Assembly (NCBI GenBank): GCA_009885205.1
Contig: VFLE01000055.1
Location: 11,236-75,235 of the forward strand
Direction of reading: 5' to 3'
Source of the DNA: Candidatus Shapirobacteria bacterium
GTDB taxonomy: Bacteria; Patescibacteriota; Microgenomatia; UBA12405
DNA length: 64,000 nt
A model generated the notes under the pieces. The model saw only the letters and a program-made list of their open reading frames with translations. It was not told the DNA's origin and did no database searches. Both the position numbers and the translations under genes were made by a program. Of the stretch, positions 56,277-64,000 are shown one piece after another (the stretch's first letter is position 1; each line of letters starts with the position of its first letter).

Positions 56277-58496
56277 TTATCTTCGAGGTCTCGAGTCGTT
56301 TTGGGCGAAGTTACGGAAACCGCCGGAACGAGGTCGGTCACTACCACGATTATCAAACTGAGGACGGGGTGGCCCCGCCTTCGCAAAGCCTTCGTCGGGC
56401 GAAGCAGGATGAGCGGTTTTAAACTCGGGGGCTGATAATTTTATTTGATGATTATCATTGTAACCACTGATTTGGACTTTAATTTTGTCACCAACTTTGA
56501 TAATAGCTGAGGGGTCAGATAGGAAGCCTTGGGTCATTTCCGAGACGTGAAGTAGAGCTTCACGACCGGGTAAAAATTCGACAAAGGCACCAAAATTTTC
56601 AACACGAGTTACTTCTCCTTCAAACTCTTCGCCCATTTGGACTTCGCGAACCATGGATTCAATTTGAAAAGCACAAGCGTCAATTTGAACCTGATCTAGG
56701 GAAGAAATTGAAGCACGACCAAAATCATCAATATCAATTTGGGTGCCAAATTTTTCCATTAAGGCTTTAATGGTTTTGCCACCAGAGCCAATCACTTCTC
56801 CGATTTTGTCTTCGGGTAAGGTAATCATTTTTATTTTAGGGGCATAAGCTGACAATTCTTTGCGTGGTGCGATTAATACCGATTCCATTTTGGTAATAAT
56901 TTGGAGACGAGCGGCTAAACTTTGGGCAAAAGTATCCTTAATCATGGCAAAAGATAGACCCATGCGTTTGATATCAAGTTGAATGGCGGTAATACCCGTT
57001 TTGGTACCAGTAATTTTGAAATCCATGTCACCACAGTGATCTTCGATTCCGGCAATATCGGTTAATAAAATATATTTACCTGCATCATCGGAAACCATAC
57101 CGACAGAAATACCGGCCACATGAGCCTTGAGGGGAACACCAGCGGCCATTAAAGACATGGTTGAACCACAGGTCGAGGCCATAGAAGATGATCCATTTTG
57201 AGATAGCACTTCGGAAGTTAAGATAATAGTATAAGGAAATTCCTCGACAGTAGGAATGACGGCAACTAAGGCTTTTTCGGCTAGGGCTCCGTGACCAATT
57301 TCACGGCGACCAGGACGACCAGTGCGTCCAGTTTGACCGGTGGAAAAAGGTGCGGCGGAATAATAATGAATATAACGTTTGGTAGTTTCACCACTGCTAT
57401 CTTGTAAATGTTGTTCTTCAGATAAAGGACCTAAAGTAGTAATAGTTAAGGCTTGGGTTAATCCCCTTTCAAATAAGGCGGAACCATGGGTACAAGGTAA
57501 GACATCAAGCTCTATATTTAGGGGACGAATTTCGGTCGTGGCTCGTTTGTCATAACGTTTGCCGGCCAGAGTTGTGGCACGAATATATTTACGAACAACA
57601 TTGTCGACGGCTTCCATTAATTTGGCCTTGTCTACTTCACCCGATTCTAATTGTGTCGCAAATTTTTCGATAGCAGTTTCTTTTATTTTTTCTTCACCGG
57701 CCATATGGGCACCATCAACACCGGCAGAAATAAAATCCTCAAGTTCTTTTTTAACGGCTGCTTCGACTTTATCTTGCAATTCAATTGAAGGCGAAAGATC
57801 GGTGTATTCCATTTTTGGTTTGCCAAATTCTGTGGCAAATTCCATAAGTTTTGCATTTATTTCATCACCAGTTTTAATACCTAATTCGATAGCTTTGAGA
57901 ACAATATCATTATCAACAATTTTGACATCGGCCTCAATCATGTTGACACCCTCAGAATCTTTACAAATTAAAAGATCCATATCGGAAGTTAATTGGTCGG
58001 TAATGGTGGGAAATAATGAAATTTCACCTGATTTTAGGCCTAAACGAACGGCCGAAACGGGACCTGAAAACGGTAAACCTGAAATCATGAGGGCAGCAGA
58101 AACGGCAGTAAAGGCAGTGACAACCACATCATTGTCGCGGTCATTACTTAAAACCGTGGCCATAACTTGGACTTCGTTTTTGAAACCCATAGGAAATAGA
58201 GGGCGGATAGATCGGTCGATAATTCGGCCAAATAAAACAGCGGTGTCACTGGGACCACCATCGCGTTTCATCCATTTGCCACCTTTGATAACACCACCAG
58301 CATAAAATTTGTCAACAAATTCGACAGAAAGTGGAAAATAATCTTTGGATAAATCCAAATTGCCTTTGACAACGGTGGCCAAAACCACAGTTTTGCCCAT
58401 TTGAGCCAGCACGGCACCACTGGCCTGTGGGGCTAATTTGCCGGTTGATAGGGTTATAACTTTACCACCGAGTGAGATATCCATAGATTTTTGCAT
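56277..58496 (-). CDS. pnp: Polyribonucleotide nucleotidyltransferase (PNPase)
   Basis: 739 aa. Two RNase PH domains, KH and S1 domains, and a basic C-terminal tail. Confidence 0.95.
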   Translation of the reverse strand: MQKSMDISLGGKVITLSTGKLAPQASGAVLAQMGKTVVLATVVKGNLDLSKDYFPLSVEFVDKFYAGGVIKGGKWMKRDGGPSDTAVLFGRIIDRSIRPLFPMGFKNEVQVMATVLSNDRDNDVVVTAFTAVSAALMISGLPFSGPVSAVRLGLKSGEISLFPTITDQLTSDMDLLICKDSEGVNMIEADVKIVDNDIVLKAIELGIKTGDEINAKLMEFATEFGKPKMEYTDLSPSIELQDKVEAAVKKELEDFISAGVDGAHMAGEEKIKETAIEKFATQLESGEVDKAKLMEAVDNVVRKYIRATTLAGKRYDKRATTEIRPLNIELDVLPCTHGSALFERGLTQALTITTLGPLSEEQHLQDSSGETTKRYIHYYSAAPFSTGQTGRTGRPGRREIGHGALAEKALVAVIPTVEEFPYTIILTSEVLSQNGSSSMASTCGSTMSLMAAGVPLKAHVAGISVGMVSDDAGKYILLTDIAGIEDHCGDMDFKITGTKTGITAIQLDIKRMGLSFAMIKDTFAQSLAARLQIITKMESVLIAPRKELSAYAPKIKMITLPEDKIGEVIGSGGKTIKALMEKFGTQIDIDDFGRASISSLDQVQIDACAFQIESMVREVQMGEEFEGEVTRVENFGAFVEFLPGREALLHVSEMTQGFLSDPSAIIKVGDKIKVQISGYNDNHQIKLSAPEFKTAHPASPDEGFAKAGPPRPQFDNRGSDRPRSGGFRNFAQNDSRPRR

Positions 58497-58520
58497 AAAT
58501 AATTATATATAAAAACGCGG

Positions 58521-58790
58521 TTACTTTTTGAGGTTAAGAGATTTGATCAATTTACCATAGCGTTCTTCATTGTTGAGGGAGAGATAGCGAAGCAAACGAC
58601 GACGTTTGGCAATTTTGGACAATAGTCCACGTTTTGCCGGAGAATCGTGTTTGTTGTCACCGAGGTGACCTTGGAGTTTGTCGATTTCTTTGGATAAAAT
58701 AGCAACTTGAATTTCAGGAGATCCAGTATCACCCTTGGCTTGGGCGAATTTGGTAACGACTGATGTTTTTTCGTCTTTGGTTAATGCCAT
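58521..58790 (-). CDS. rpsO: 30S ribosomal protein S15
   Basis: 89 aa. GDTGSPEIQVAILSKEIDKLQGHL... Confidence 0.9.
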   Translation of the reverse strand: MALTKDEKTSVVTKFAQAKGDTGSPEIQVAILSKEIDKLQGHLGDNKHDSPAKRGLLSKIAKRRRLLRYLSLNNEERYGKLIKSLNLKK

Positions 58791-58867
58791 GTGTTTAATG
58801 GTGCTAATTTTAGTAAAAATTAAAATTCCAGAATGGCTACTGAAAAACTAAAATAAGTACAGTTGAT

Positions 58868-58879
58868 ATTGTAGCACAA
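58868..58879 (-). promoter_or_regulatory. Extended -10 promoter-like motif TTGTGCTACAAT about 80 nt upstream of rpsO
   Basis: The same 12-mer is found at 590-601 and 59181-59192. Confidence 0.4.
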
Positions 58880-58883
58880 ACAC

Positions 58884-59231
58884 CTAGACTGTTCGAGTGA
58901 TGTTGATGAATTGTGTTGGGTCAACCATACTACCAATTATTGGCATGGAGTGAATAATCCTTGATTTTCCAACAGGCAATTTTCTGTCTGACCAAAGAAT
59001 ATTACCAAGCCAGACTTTTACGTGACCATCGTATGTTTCCAAATCAACACGAAAAAACCCTATGGGATACTCGGCTTTTGATCGCTCCGTATGTATAATT
59101 GGTCTGATTTCTGCTGAGTTAATGCCTTCTGATATATATAAGGAAAATTCGGCTTCCTGGGGTAATTGGTTCACAAAGACATTGTAGCACAAAAAATTAA
59201 GAACGAGGGAAAAATTCTTCTGAGACGACAC
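58884..59231 (-). CDS. Hypothetical protein (115 aa) in the slot normally holding rbfA/truB
   Basis: No confident family assignment. A copy of the TTGTGCTACAAT promoter motif lies inside its 5' part (59181-59192), so the true start may be downstream or the 5' part may be non-coding. Confidence 0.3.
   Translation of the reverse strand: MSSQKNFSLVLNFLCYNVFVNQLPQEAEFSLYISEGINSAEIRPIIHTERSKAEYPIGFFRVDLETYDGHVKVWLGNILWSDRKLPVGKSRIIHSMPIIGSMVDPTQFINITRTV
59181..59192 (-). promoter_or_regulatory. Extended -10 promoter-like motif TTGTGCTACAAT (third copy)
   Basis: A 16-mer GA[TC]ATTGTAGCACAAA is shared with the copy at 58865-58880. Confidence 0.3.
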
Positions 59232-59424
59232 AACTTTCTGTTCCGGTAGCTAATTTATTTTTTGCAGAACAAGTTCTGGCTCCAGTTAACGAATTAGTAT
59301 TATTTTTTTTTAAAACACTTAACATTATTTTTTTTGACGGTTCTACCTCATTAATACTAGTCGGGAACCATTTTTGGCAACGAAGACAAATTGGATAGCT
59401 TTCTGATTGTGCTTGATTTGGCAT
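59197..59424 (-). CDS. Hypothetical small Cys-containing protein (75 aa; CxxC...C...C)
   Basis: It overlaps the 115-aa ORF by 35 nt and has no recognised family. Confidence 0.25.
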   Translation of the reverse strand: MPNQAQSESYPICLRCQKWFPTSINEVEPSKKIMLSVLKKNNTNSLTGARTCSAKNKLATGTESCVVSEEFFPRS

Positions 59425-59438
59425 ACTCTTTTTAACTT

Positions 59439-60251
59439 TTAGACAGTGGGATTAAAGGTTGGATTTGGTGTGAACTGAGGGGTGGTGGTAGGTGTTGAAG
59501 CTGGGATGTCAGCAATGGGGTTAACCTCTGGAGTTACGGGAGTAGTAGTTGGAGTTTCGGGCTGGGTGGCACGGAGACAGAGGGCACCGGCTTCAAAAGA
59601 TTCGGGGGAAACATTAACAGAGAATGATTGGGTAGCAACCCGAAGACCAATTAAAATGTCTTTGCCGGAGTCTTGGTCTAAGGTTAATCCTAACATAGGC
59701 AATAAGAAGGTAAATATTTCAGAAAAGGGAGCATCGGGGTCGATTAAACTAGCTTTAGCCCAAGATTTGGGAGTATTGGTGGGTGAAATATAAATCCAAT
59801 TGCCCGAGTTAACCATAGAGGCTTTGTCACCTAAAGGCATTTCATCACCTAACATAAAACAAATATCGGCAGAACCAGAGCTATTGTTAATTGAAATTTG
59901 ATTTTGATCAATTTTAGTCGCTCCTGTTTTGGTTTTGACAACCAAATTTAGTTTGCCACCATCATCGTTGTAGGAAACCTGATCAATTTGATCCAAAGGA
60001 TAGGAGACAGTAATAACCAAATCGGCAGGATTATAGGAATCAGTAATCAATTCAAGTCCACTTAATTTGGAATAATTTTGATCGGGTTTTTGGAGTGACA
60101 AAACTTGGGCGGTTTTACCAGCTTTTTTTAAAGCTAGGGCTAAACCTAAAGCTGAACCAATTGAATCAACTGACATGGTAGGAACCACGATTAGGGCAGA
60201 TTTGGCGGTATCTAAAAGAGATTTAATTTCGGTGACGTTGTAGTTTTTCAT
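59439..60251 (-). CDS. DHH-family (NrnA-like) protein with degenerate DHH motifs and a Pro/Thr-rich C-terminal tail
   Basis: 270 aa. IVVPTMSVDSIGSALGLALAL aligns to the DHH motif I/II region but lacks Asp and His. It sits downstream of infB, where rbfA-nrnA or rbfA-truB usually lie. Confidence 0.45.
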   Translation of the reverse strand: MKNYNVTEIKSLLDTAKSALIVVPTMSVDSIGSALGLALALKKAGKTAQVLSLQKPDQNYSKLSGLELITDSYNPADLVITVSYPLDQIDQVSYNDDGGKLNLVVKTKTGATKIDQNQISINNSSGSADICFMLGDEMPLGDKASMVNSGNWIYISPTNTPKSWAKASLIDPDAPFSEIFTFLLPMLGLTLDQDSGKDILIGLRVATQSFSVNVSPESFEAGALCLRATQPETPTTTPVTPEVNPIADIPASTPTTTPQFTPNPTFNPTV

Positions 60252-60266
60252 AATGGTTATGATAGT

Positions 60267-61679
60267 CTATTTTTCAACTTTATAGGCTATTATAACATCA
60301 TTTATTTTAAAATCAACATATGGTCGAAAAGTGATGCCATATTGATGGCCAGCTTTGGCGGTATCAACAATGTCTTTGGCCTGACGAATTCCTTCGATTT
60401 TAGTATTTTTGATAATAATATCGTCACGTTTTAAGTGAATGTTGTCGCCTTTAGTCAACAAACCTTTGGTGACTTCGATACCAGCGATGCGGACTTTGTC
60501 AATTTTAAACTCGGCAATAATTTTGGCCTCACCGATGGTAGTTTCTTCAATGGTGGGGTCAAGCATTAATAAAACTTGTTTTTGAATATTTTCTAAAATT
60601 TCGTAAATGATTTTTGATTCAAAGATAGGTACTTTTTCGTTGTCAGCTAAATTTTTGATAAACCTGGGTACTGGTACATTGTAGGCAAAAACTTGGCCAT
60701 GAGCGGAAGCGGCCATGTTGACATCATTGTCGGTGATAGTGCCAACGCCAGAGGCGAGCAAGAAAACGTCGTCGGAAAGAGAACTAAGGAGAGCTTCAAG
60801 AGTGCCCTGAACATCGGCTTTAATGACGATAGGTAGTCGAGGAGAGCCATCGGTTTTAGTTTGAGACAAACGAGTAGGATCGATAGTGGAAGTAGATTCG
60901 GTTTTAAGGCTAGAAACTGGAGTACCAACTAAAGGGACTGATTCAAAACCGAGAATTTCGACAGCAGATGAGGGTAAGGCGATGGGAATAGACATGGCTT
61001 TGACCTTGCAGGGGATGTTTTGGGCAAAAATAATATCACCTAATTTAATTTGACCTTTTTTAACGATAAGGGTAGCGACGGGACCGCGACTTTTGTCGAG
61101 TAGTGACTCGATAACCACGGCCTCGAGTGGTTCGTCCTTACTATCGGTTAATTCCATAATTTCGGCGTGTAAAAATATACTATCTAGGAGGGCGTCAATC
61201 CCCTGACCGGTTTTACCAGAAACGGGGAATAGAGCCACCTGACCACCATATTCTTCGGGGGTTAATTCGAGTTCAACCAATTGACCTTTGACTTTTTCTG
61301 GGGAACTATCGGCCATATCGACCTTGGTCATGGCGATAATGACAGGGGCATTGGTTTTTTTAATTTCTTTGATACATTCCTTGGTTTGGGCCATAACTCC
61401 ATCAACAGCAGAAATGACGAGAACAATAATGTCGGTAATTTGAGCACCACGAGAGCGCATTTGACAAAAAGCAGCGTGACCAGGAGTATCGATAAAGGTG
61501 ATTTTGCCTGATTTTCCGGATTTAGACGAGACATCGACAGTATAGGCAGAAATGTGTTGAGTGATTCCACCCGCTTCGCGAGCAGCGACACTACTACCAC
61601 GGATTTTATCCAAAAGAGTAGTCTTGCCATGGTCAACATGGCCCATTATTGTGACAATGGGTGGGCGGAAATTTTGCAT
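60267..61679 (-). CDS. infB: Translation initiation factor IF-2 (short form starting at the G domain)
   Basis: 470 aa. [19 protein letters not shown] and NKVD motifs plus the C-terminal beta-barrels. Confidence 0.9.
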   Translation of the reverse strand: MQNFRPPIVTIMGHVDHGKTTLLDKIRGSSVAAREAGGITQHISAYTVDVSSKSGKSGKITFIDTPGHAAFCQMRSRGAQITDIIVLVISAVDGVMAQTKECIKEIKKTNAPVIIAMTKVDMADSSPEKVKGQLVELELTPEEYGGQVALFPVSGKTGQGIDALLDSIFLHAEIMELTDSKDEPLEAVVIESLLDKSRGPVATLIVKKGQIKLGDIIFAQNIPCKVKAMSIPIALPSSAVEILGFESVPLVGTPVSSLKTESTSTIDPTRLSQTKTDGSPRLPIVIKADVQGTLEALLSSLSDDVFLLASGVGTITDNDVNMAASAHGQVFAYNVPVPRFIKNLADNEKVPIFESKIIYEILENIQKQVLLMLDPTIEETTIGEAKIIAEFKIDKVRIAGIEVTKGLLTKGDNIHLKRDDIIIKNTKIEGIRQAKDIVDTAKAGHQYGITFRPYVDFKINDVIIAYKVEK

Positions 61680-61682
61680 AAT

Positions 61683-62672
61683 TTAGAGTTTTGATCCCTG
61701 AACTTTTATTTCTAAACCCGTCAAAATACCTGCTAAACGAACATTTTCACCGCCAGAACCAATGGCCAGGGCCAAATCAGATTCAGGAACTTCGACTAGA
61801 GCCAGACCGTTGGTGATAGAAATAACTTTGACATTGGAGGCTGGAGAAAGGGCATTGGCAATAAACTGTTTTTTGTCCTTAGAATAGGATATAACGTCAA
61901 CTTTTTCCGATTGAGGCAACTCGTTTAAAATAGCCTGAATACGAATACCTTTTTGACCAATACAGGAACCGACAGGGTCGACACCCGCTTGGGATGATGA
62001 GACAGCAACCTTGGCCCTGGCACCAGCATCGCGAGCAATAGTTTCAATAGTGACAGCTCGGTTGCCAACCTCGGGAACTTCACGAACAAAAAGTTGTTTG
62101 ATAAATTCGGCGTCAGCTCGGGATAAAATTATATCTTTGCGACCAGTTTCTGCATCTTGATGAATAGATTTAATTAAAAACTGTTTTTTACTGCCAAGTT
62201 GCAGGCTTTCGCCACGAATTTGCTCGTCTTTGGGACAAATACCTTCGGTCTTGCCAATACCAACGGTAAGACGATAGGAATCGTTGCGTAAAATATAACC
62301 CTGGACGAGAGTGCCTATTTTATGAGCATACTCGGCCATGATGGTATCTTTTTCGGCTTCATGAATACGTTGATCGATAACGTTTTTGGCGGTAACAGCG
62401 GCAATTCGACCAAATCCAGGAGGGGTAACATTGAGACGTTTTTTGTCGGTTATTTCAAAGATGGCAAAGGAGCCTGATTCTGGGGCCAACTCAACTTCAA
62501 AAACAGTGTCATCGGCAACAATGTTGCCATGTTCTTTTTGATCACGTTTGTAGGCAGAAATTAGACCAGCTTCAATTGAGTCAAGAATTTCTTGGACGGG
62601 AATATTTTTTTCACCGGCAATTTGGGCCACAGCTGAGGCGAATTCTGTTTTTGGTAGTTTTTTGATATCCAT
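61683..62672 (-). CDS. nusA: Transcription termination/antitermination factor NusA
   Basis: Contains N-terminal, S1 and KH domains. The start is set at the internal Met ([11 protein letters not shown]), because the upstream part of the track ORF overlaps a terminator hairpin. Confidence 0.85.
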   Translation of the reverse strand: MDIKKLPKTEFASAVAQIAGEKNIPVQEILDSIEAGLISAYKRDQKEHGNIVADDTVFEVELAPESGSFAIFEITDKKRLNVTPPGFGRIAAVTAKNVIDQRIHEAEKDTIMAEYAHKIGTLVQGYILRNDSYRLTVGIGKTEGICPKDEQIRGESLQLGSKKQFLIKSIHQDAETGRKDIILSRADAEFIKQLFVREVPEVGNRAVTIETIARDAGARAKVAVSSSQAGVDPVGSCIGQKGIRIQAILNELPQSEKVDVISYSKDKKQFIANALSPASNVKVISITNGLALVEVPESDLALAIGSGGENVRLAGILTGLEIKVQGSKL

Positions 62673-62687
62673 ATATTTATTTTTACT

Positions 62688-62710
62688 AAAAAAAAGGGCG
62701 TAAAACGCCC
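62688..62710 (-). terminator. Intrinsic terminator/attenuator between dnaJ and nusA
   Basis: Minus strand: GGGCG-uuuua-CGCCC followed by U8. It lies 16 nt upstream of the nusA ATG. Confidence 0.45.
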
Positions 62711-62756
62711 GTTTCACTAGCAAATATGTAACTTGGTTATTATAACACTAAATTTA

Positions 62757-62782
62757 AGGAACAGATACACGGATCTGTTCCT
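62757..62782. repeat. REP-like palindrome, family B variant (AGGAACAGAT-acacgg-ATCTGTTCCT), overlapping the dnaJ stop codon
   Basis: 10-bp stem with a 6-nt loop. It is closely related to 47566-47591. Confidence 0.8.
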
Positions 62783-63638
62783 ACAAACCCAATTCTTTGA
62801 TCAATTCTTTTTGATGTGTGGTTAATTTGGTGGGAATAAAAAGATTAAGGCGGATGTAAAGGTCACCTTTGCCAAAACCTTGGACATCGGTAATGCCGTG
62901 TCCACGAAGACGAATGAGGGTTCCGGGTTGAGTACCTGGTTTAATACGAATTTTAAGAGGTTTGTCTAAAGTAGGGACAGAAAGTTCGTCACCTAAAATA
63001 GCCTGAACTAGGGTAATATCTTGATTTATAAATAAATTATTTCCCTCACGGGTAAAAATTTTGTCAGGGAGAACATCGATATACAAAATAAAATCACCAA
63101 ATTTTATCCTCTGCCCATCATCAACCCCGGCAGGGATAGTAACTTTACGACGACTGCCATCTAAAACAATTTCTTTCTTACAGCCGTTGGCGGCATCAAT
63201 AAAAGACAATTGGATTTTGTAAGTAGGGACTTGTCGAGAACGAGATTGACCCATACCCCCGTTGCCGAAGAATTGTTCGAAAATATCAAAAGGATTACTA
63301 AAACCGCCAAAGTCAAAATCGTCTTGTCCCCCACCTTGACTACTTTGCCAAGTAAAGTTGAATGGTCCATTTTGTTGGGTGTGAGTGTGACCACCAAAAT
63401 TGCTACCGGCCGAGGATGGGTCAAAAGCGGCGTGGCCAAATTGGTCGTAGGCGGACTTTTTTTGAGGATTACTTAAAACCTCGTAGGCACCATTGATTTC
63501 TTTAAATTTTTCCTCGGCATCGGGGGCTTTATTGCGATCGGGGTGAAACTCCATGGCTTTTTTGCGATAAGCTGACTTAATATCCGCCGCCGATGCGCCT
63601 TTTGCTAATCCTAATGTATCGTAAAAATCTGGTTTCAT
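62781..63638 (-). CDS. dnaJ: DnaJ-family chaperone (J domain + G/F region + C-terminal substrate-binding domains, no Zn-finger; CbpA-like)
   Basis: 285 aa. J-domain HPD motif (MEFHPDRNK) and a Gly/Phe-rich linker. Confidence 0.85.
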   Translation of the reverse strand: MKPDFYDTLGLAKGASAADIKSAYRKKAMEFHPDRNKAPDAEEKFKEINGAYEVLSNPQKKSAYDQFGHAAFDPSSAGSNFGGHTHTQQNGPFNFTWQSSQGGGQDDFDFGGFSNPFDIFEQFFGNGGMGQSRSRQVPTYKIQLSFIDAANGCKKEIVLDGSRRKVTIPAGVDDGQRIKFGDFILYIDVLPDKIFTREGNNLFINQDITLVQAILGDELSVPTLDKPLKIRIKPGTQPGTLIRLRGHGITDVQGFGKGDLYIRLNLFIPTKLTTHQKELIKELGL

Positions 63639-63656
63639 TGATTATATATTTTACAG

Positions 63657-63684
63657 GTAGAGACGTGATTAATCACGTCTCTAC
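63657..63684. repeat. REP-like palindrome, family A (core tgattaatca), identical to 47512-47539
   Basis: 28-bp perfect inverted repeat between dnaK and dnaJ. Confidence 0.9.
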
Positions 63685-63703
63685 GATGTGTGGCGAATAA
63701 ATT

Positions 63704-64000
63704 TTATTTAACAATCTCCCCTTCTTCTGCATCTTTTGGTGCTTCGGATTTTTTGGCGTTGGCTTCGGCTTGGGCGGCGTCGGCTTGTTCTTGGCCGGGG
63801 ATACCACCTTCACCTTGTGGAGGTTGTTGATTAGCGTAAACGGTTTGGCCAACGACTTGGAGAATTTGATTTAATTCCTCGGTGAATTTGTCCATTTCGT
63901 CTTTGTTAACTTCGGTTTTTGTCAAAATTTCTTTACCTTCTTTGATTTTGATCTCAATTTTTTCCTTATCTTCGGGCTTTACTTTGTCAGCAAAGTCTTT
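63704..64000 (-). CDS. dnaK: Chaperone DnaK, C-terminal end (gene continues beyond window end)
   Basis: The minus-strand frame is open from the window end to the stop at 63704. It encodes the DnaK lid/tail (...KEILTKTEVNKDEMDKFTEELNQILQVVGQTVYANQQPPQGEGG...). It lies upstream of dnaJ. Confidence 0.8.
   Translation of the reverse strand, partial: KDFADKVKPEDKEKIEIKIKEGKEILTKTEVNKDEMDKFTEELNQILQVVGQTVYANQQPPQGEGGIPGQEQADAAQAEANAKKSEAPKDAEEGEIVK

Noticed and set aside
58884-59231. Barnase/RNase-Sa-like ribonuclease assignment for the 115-aa ORF (motif WSDRKLPVGKS resembles barnase SNREGKLPGKS)
   Set aside because: The similarity is confined to about 10 residues. The catalytic Glu and the downstream Arg/His positions do not align, and no barstar-like partner is present. 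This is too weak to call.
1-64000. Alternative genetic code (UGA recoding, as in some CPR lineages)
   Set aside because: Long conserved genes terminate cleanly on TAA/TAG/TGA (e.g. the oxidoreductase beta subunit ends TGA) and no conserved gene is interrupted by in-frame TGA. The standard code 11 fits.

Overview
This is a 64-kb window from a low-GC (about 38%), gene-dense genome read with the standard genetic code, in which nearly all genes lie on the minus strand. The content and several short or truncated proteins (RpoA 306 aa, IF-2 470 aa, AlaRS 586 aa, RpoB 1065 aa) point to a streamlined, CPR-like or other reduced Gram-positive-type bacterium. The ribosomal-protein operon lacks rpmD (L30) and map. 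The core backbone is: a DEAD-box helicase (partial), korAB-like 2-oxoacid:ferredoxin oxidoreductase, and uppP. Then comes an alpha operon plus spc/S10 ribosomal-protein super-operon, running rpsI-rplM ... rpoA-rpsD-rpsK-rpsM-rpmJ-infA ... adk-secY-rplO ... rpsJ, followed by tuf and fusA. A 5.4-kb island of cell-envelope/isoprenoid-type genes splits the usual rpsL-rpsG-fusA-tuf (str) operon. rpsG, rpsL, rpoC and rpoB follow, then an accessory cluster of membrane-anchored paralogs with a frameshifted BRO-N/DinD(RhuM)-like gene. After that come an LPAAG-C-terminal secreted protein, a TRAM-less MiaB-like enzyme, mltG, ruvX, a sortase, alaS, rodZ-like, ftsK, proS, rnj, a protease-less Lon-like AAA+ ATPase, pnp, rpsO, a DHH-like protein, infB, nusA, dnaJ and the 3' end of dnaK. 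The most unusual signal is a dispersed family of at least 13 perfect palindromes (GTAGAGACG-N10-CGTCTCTAC and GTAGGAAC-N12-GTTCCTAC) with conserved arms and variable but always self-complementary cores, so they are REP-like. Three of them sit in a conserved ~80-nt composite element (palindrome + 21 nt + 32-nt tail), and one sits in-frame inside a 654-aa ORF. No rRNA, tRNA or CRISPR array was recognised. Other notes: a recurrent extended -10 promoter motif (TTTGTGCTACAAT), an array of a 10-mer repeat in the rpsL-rpsG spacer, infA without a canonical start codon, a Zn-ribbon form of L24, and a weak T-box-like core upstream of proS.
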